NCBI GenBank assembly: GCA_046331155.1
Contig: JAXLRK010000001.1
Location: 1,029,335-1,093,334 of the forward strand
Reading direction: 5' to 3'
Length of the DNA stretch: 64,000 nucleotides
Origin: Acidimicrobiia bacterium
GTDB taxonomy: Bacteria; Actinomycetota; Acidimicrobiia; IMCC26256; CAWATG01
The translations under genes and the position numbers were made by a program. Below, piece after piece: positions 61,738 to 64,000 of this stretch. How positions within the stretch are numbered: the stretch's first letter is position 1; every line of letters starts with the position of its first letter. A model generated the notes under the pieces. It did no database searches. It was not told where the DNA came from and saw only the letters and a program-made list of their open reading frames with translations.

Positions 61738-62874
61738 CTACCGGTAGTTGCCGGTGTGCCCCATGCTGAACCGGCCCGGCTGCGGGAAGAGGCAGAGCCC
61801 GTGGGCGCCGGCCCCGACCTCGACGACGTGCGTCACCTTGCCCGTCGCCGTGTCGATCACCGAGACCGAGGCGTTGTAGCGGTTGCTCAGCCACAGCTCC
61901 CTGCCGTCGGCGCTCACGCCGCCCATGTCCGGCGACCCGCCGACCTTCCAGGTGACCAGCACTTTGCGGGTCGCGAAGTCGATGACCGAGACGGAGCCGC
62001 CGGCCCGGTTGCTCGCGTACAGCTTCGTGCCGTCACGGCTCGGGTACAGACCGTGCGTGCCCTTGCCGGTCGGGATGAAGCCGACCTCGGTGAACGACGA
62101 CGGGTCGATGACCGACACACCGTCGCGACCCTGGTTGGCGACGAAGAACACGGTGCCGTCGGGCGCGAGCTTCACGTCGATGGGCATACCGCCCACGTGG
62201 AGCTTGTGGGTGATCGCGCGGTCGACCACGTCGAGCTCCATGAGCCAGCCGTTGAACTCGCAGCCGAAGACCGCGGTCCGGCCGTCGGCGGAGAAGTCGA
62301 GGTGGTTCGGGCCGCGGCACGGTGGGACCGGGAGGTGCTTCAGGACCTTCCACGTGTGGGGGTCGCGGAAGTCGAGGGAGTTGTTCCGTTCGGTCATCAC
62401 GATCGCGGTCGTGCCGTCGGGCGTGAAGTACAGGTTGTACGGGTCGTCGACGGGGATCGGCGGGCCCGGCTTGCCCGTCTTGGGATCGATCGGCGTCAAC
62501 GTGTTCCCGCGGTTGTCGTTGACGTAGAGCGTGTGGAGGTCCCACGCGGGGACGACGTGCTGGGGAAGGCGGCCGACCGCGTAGTGGCCGACCACCTTGT
62601 ACGTCGCCGGGTCGATGACGTCGACGGTGTCGGCCTGGCTGTTGGGCACGTAAACGCGGGTCGGAACCCCCGCGACGGCGGGGCTCATGTCGCCCGTGTG
62701 GGTGTGGGCGTACACGTCGACGGCCGCTCCGGGCCGCGTCGGCGCCGCGGCGGCTCGGGCCGACGTGACCTTCGTGGAGCCGACGGCCGGTTTGCCCGAG
62801 CCCGAGCTCGAACAGGCTGCCGGGGCGAACACCGCGACGACCAGTATCGATGACACGAGGATTCGGGATCGCAT
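61738..62874 (-). CDS. YncE/YVTN-type beta-propeller lipoprotein
   Basis: 378 aa. The signal MRSRILVSSILVVAVFAPAAC contains a lipobox. Repeated blades (VYVPNSQADTVDVID, LYVNDNRGNTLTPID, FFVANQGRDGVSVID, LYASNRAGGSVSVID, LWLSNRYNASVSVID). Confidence 0.85.
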   Translation of the reverse strand: MRSRILVSSILVVAVFAPAACSSSGSGKPAVGSTKVTSARAAAAPTRPGAAVDVYAHTHTGDMSPAVAGVPTRVYVPNSQADTVDVIDPATYKVVGHYAVGRLPQHVVPAWDLHTLYVNDNRGNTLTPIDPKTGKPGPPIPVDDPYNLYFTPDGTTAIVMTERNNSLDFRDPHTWKVLKHLPVPPCRGPNHLDFSADGRTAVFGCEFNGWLMELDVVDRAITHKLHVGGMPIDVKLAPDGTVFFVANQGRDGVSVIDPSSFTEVGFIPTGKGTHGLYPSRDGTKLYASNRAGGSVSVIDFATRKVLVTWKVGGSPDMGGVSADGRELWLSNRYNASVSVIDTATGKVTHVVEVGAGAHGLCLFPQPGRFSMGHTGNYR

Positions 62875-62989
62875 GATTCACCGTCCGCGGAGGGGCGGGA
62901 CACCGCCGGAGAGCTTGGCAGCTCGTGGGTCCCGGCCTGGCGTCGGGGCGGCGAGTTTGGGCGAATCTTTGTGATCGTGCGGCTCCGGG

Positions 62990-63029
62990 CGACGACCGCG
63001 TCAGTCCAGTGCCGACGACCGCGTCAGTC
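62990..63029. repeat. 17-bp direct repeat CGACGACCGCGTCAGTC x2 (62990-63006, 63013-63029) duplicating the phosphatase stop region
   Basis: Read directly from the sequence. The second copy contains the stop codon (63024-63026) of the minus-strand phosphatase gene. Confidence 0.9.
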
Positions 63030-63572
63030 TGCTCCCGGGTGCCGGGCCACATGCGGCGCACAGGCCCGGACCGTCTCCGCCTGCCACGGATGCTCGGGCC
63101 AACCCTTCTTGTTGCGAACCCGTTGGACCTCGTGCAGGTGGTCGATGACCGCCTCGGGATCGTGGCCGAGCATCACGAGCGCACACCCGATGACCGTGCC
63201 CGCACGGCCGCGGCCACCGTGGCAGTGCACGACGACGCCTTCACCCCGCTCGAGATGTCCGACGACGGCGCGCGCCGCGACGGCGACCCGTTCGCGCTCG
63301 TGCACCGGGTCGAGCGGGCCGCGTGTGAGCAGGTCCTGCAGCCCGACGGCGACGAGCGCGAGCGGAGCGGGGTCGTACGGCGGGTCGTCATGGGTGAGGC
63401 ACACGACCACCCGCAGGCCGGCGTCGAACAGCTCGTCCCAGTCGACGCGGTGCGGGTAGGACATCCCGGCGAGCACAGGCTCGCGTGTCACCCAGTACAG
63501 CTCGCCGGGCATCAAGAGGCCGCCGAGCCGCCCGGCCAGCGCGGCCGGCGCGACGAGGGCAGGTGGATACAC
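63024..63572 (-). CDS. Protein tyrosine/dual-specificity phosphatase (CX5R)
   Basis: The active-site loop VVHCHGGRGRAGT matches HCX5R(S/T). The true start may be the internal Met (MPGELYW). Confidence 0.8.
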   Translation of the reverse strand: MYPPALVAPAALAGRLGGLLMPGELYWVTREPVLAGMSYPHRVDWDELFDAGLRVVVCLTHDDPPYDPAPLALVAVGLQDLLTRGPLDPVHERERVAVAARAVVGHLERGEGVVVHCHGGRGRAGTVIGCALVMLGHDPEAVIDHLHEVQRVRNKKGWPEHPWQAETVRACAPHVARHPGAD

Positions 63573-63585
63573 CTGCGCGGTCGGC

Positions 63586-64000
63586 TCAGCCGCGGGCTGC
63601 GGCCAGGATCGGACGCACGCCCTCGAGCTCGAACGGCGGGCCGACCATGACGATGAGGTGTTGCGCGCCGGCCTCCAGGTACGCGTCCAACGACGCGAGC
63701 TCGTTGGTGTTGATCGCGACGGTGCGCTCGATTTCGGCCGGGTCGCGCCCGATCCTCTCGCACCACTCGTCGAGAACCGCGTTCTTGTGCGCGAAGTTCT
63801 CCGGCGGCCCGAACGTGTTCCAGCCGTCGGCGTGCTCCGCGACGAGCTTCAAGGTGACGCGCTCACCACTGCCGCCGACGAGGATGGGGAGCCGGCCGAC
63901 GGGCGGCGGATTGAGCTTCCCGAGCCGCGCTCTGATGATCGGCAGCGCGTCGCGCAGCGCCCGCAGTCGTTCGCCGGCGGTGCCGAAGTCGTAGCCGTAC
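63586..64000 (-). CDS. LLM-class F420-dependent oxidoreductase, C-terminal part (gene continues beyond window end)
   Basis: The frame is open to the window edge (YGYDFGTAGERLRALRDALPIIRARL...PILVGGSGERVTLKLVAEHADGWN...), the typical LLM C-terminal half. Confidence 0.8.
   Translation of the reverse strand, partial: YGYDFGTAGERLRALRDALPIIRARLGKLNPPPVGRLPILVGGSGERVTLKLVAEHADGWNTFGPPENFAHKNAVLDEWCERIGRDPAEIERTVAINTNELASLDAYLEAGAQHLIVMVGPPFELEGVRPILAAARG

Overview
Very GC-rich, GC3-saturated chromosome segment of actinobacterial type; the exact taxon cannot be determined from sequence alone. It is densely packed with core metabolism genes. In order: gatA(partial)-gatB; an F420/LLM oxidoreductase; ilvD; an Fpg/Nei glycosylase; a six-gene envelope cluster (rhomboid-like/esterase fusion, rhomboid-like protein, OmpR/HK pair, MprF-type aminoacyl-lipid synthase, membrane esterase); and ilvB-ilvN...ilvC behind a leader-peptide attenuator, with four extra genes including a vapBC-type toxin-antitoxin pair inserted between ilvN and ilvC. 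Next come a lipoprotein hydrolase, the Lhr helicase, acyltransferase-3 plus an HDOD protein, an amidase/AtuA-like operon, and a near-complete menaquinone cluster (menE, B, A, C, H, D, F, G) with a MerR-type regulator. The rest covers fatty-acid genes (ech, MFS, fadD, fadE), YhhN, a stress/hibernation cluster (Zn-ribbon, HPF-like, BON/DUF2267, DUF1918), ribB, a second two-component system, a TPP-riboswitch-controlled thiN-thiBPQ salvage operon, a second HDOD protein, a GCS2 ligase/M20 amidohydrolase operon, two beta-propeller lipoproteins, a CX5R phosphatase and a partial LLM oxidoreductase. No rRNA, tRNA, CRISPR array, transposase or prophage was seen. The most unusual signal is non-genic. Five intercistronic or 5'-proximal GC-hairpin elements are present: three near-identical dispersed copies, one 63-bp tandem duplication and one longer relative. 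Each carries a mini-ORF. In four of the five, the mini-ORF start codon overlaps the stop of the upstream gene and its stop codon overlaps the start of the downstream gene (GTGA/ATGA/TTGA junctions); the fifth lies in a divergent region and stops 2 nt before the downstream start. Four of the five also supply the downstream Shine-Dalgarno. This is a MIRU-like architecture. Most long alternative-frame ORFs in the supplied track are high-GC artefacts.
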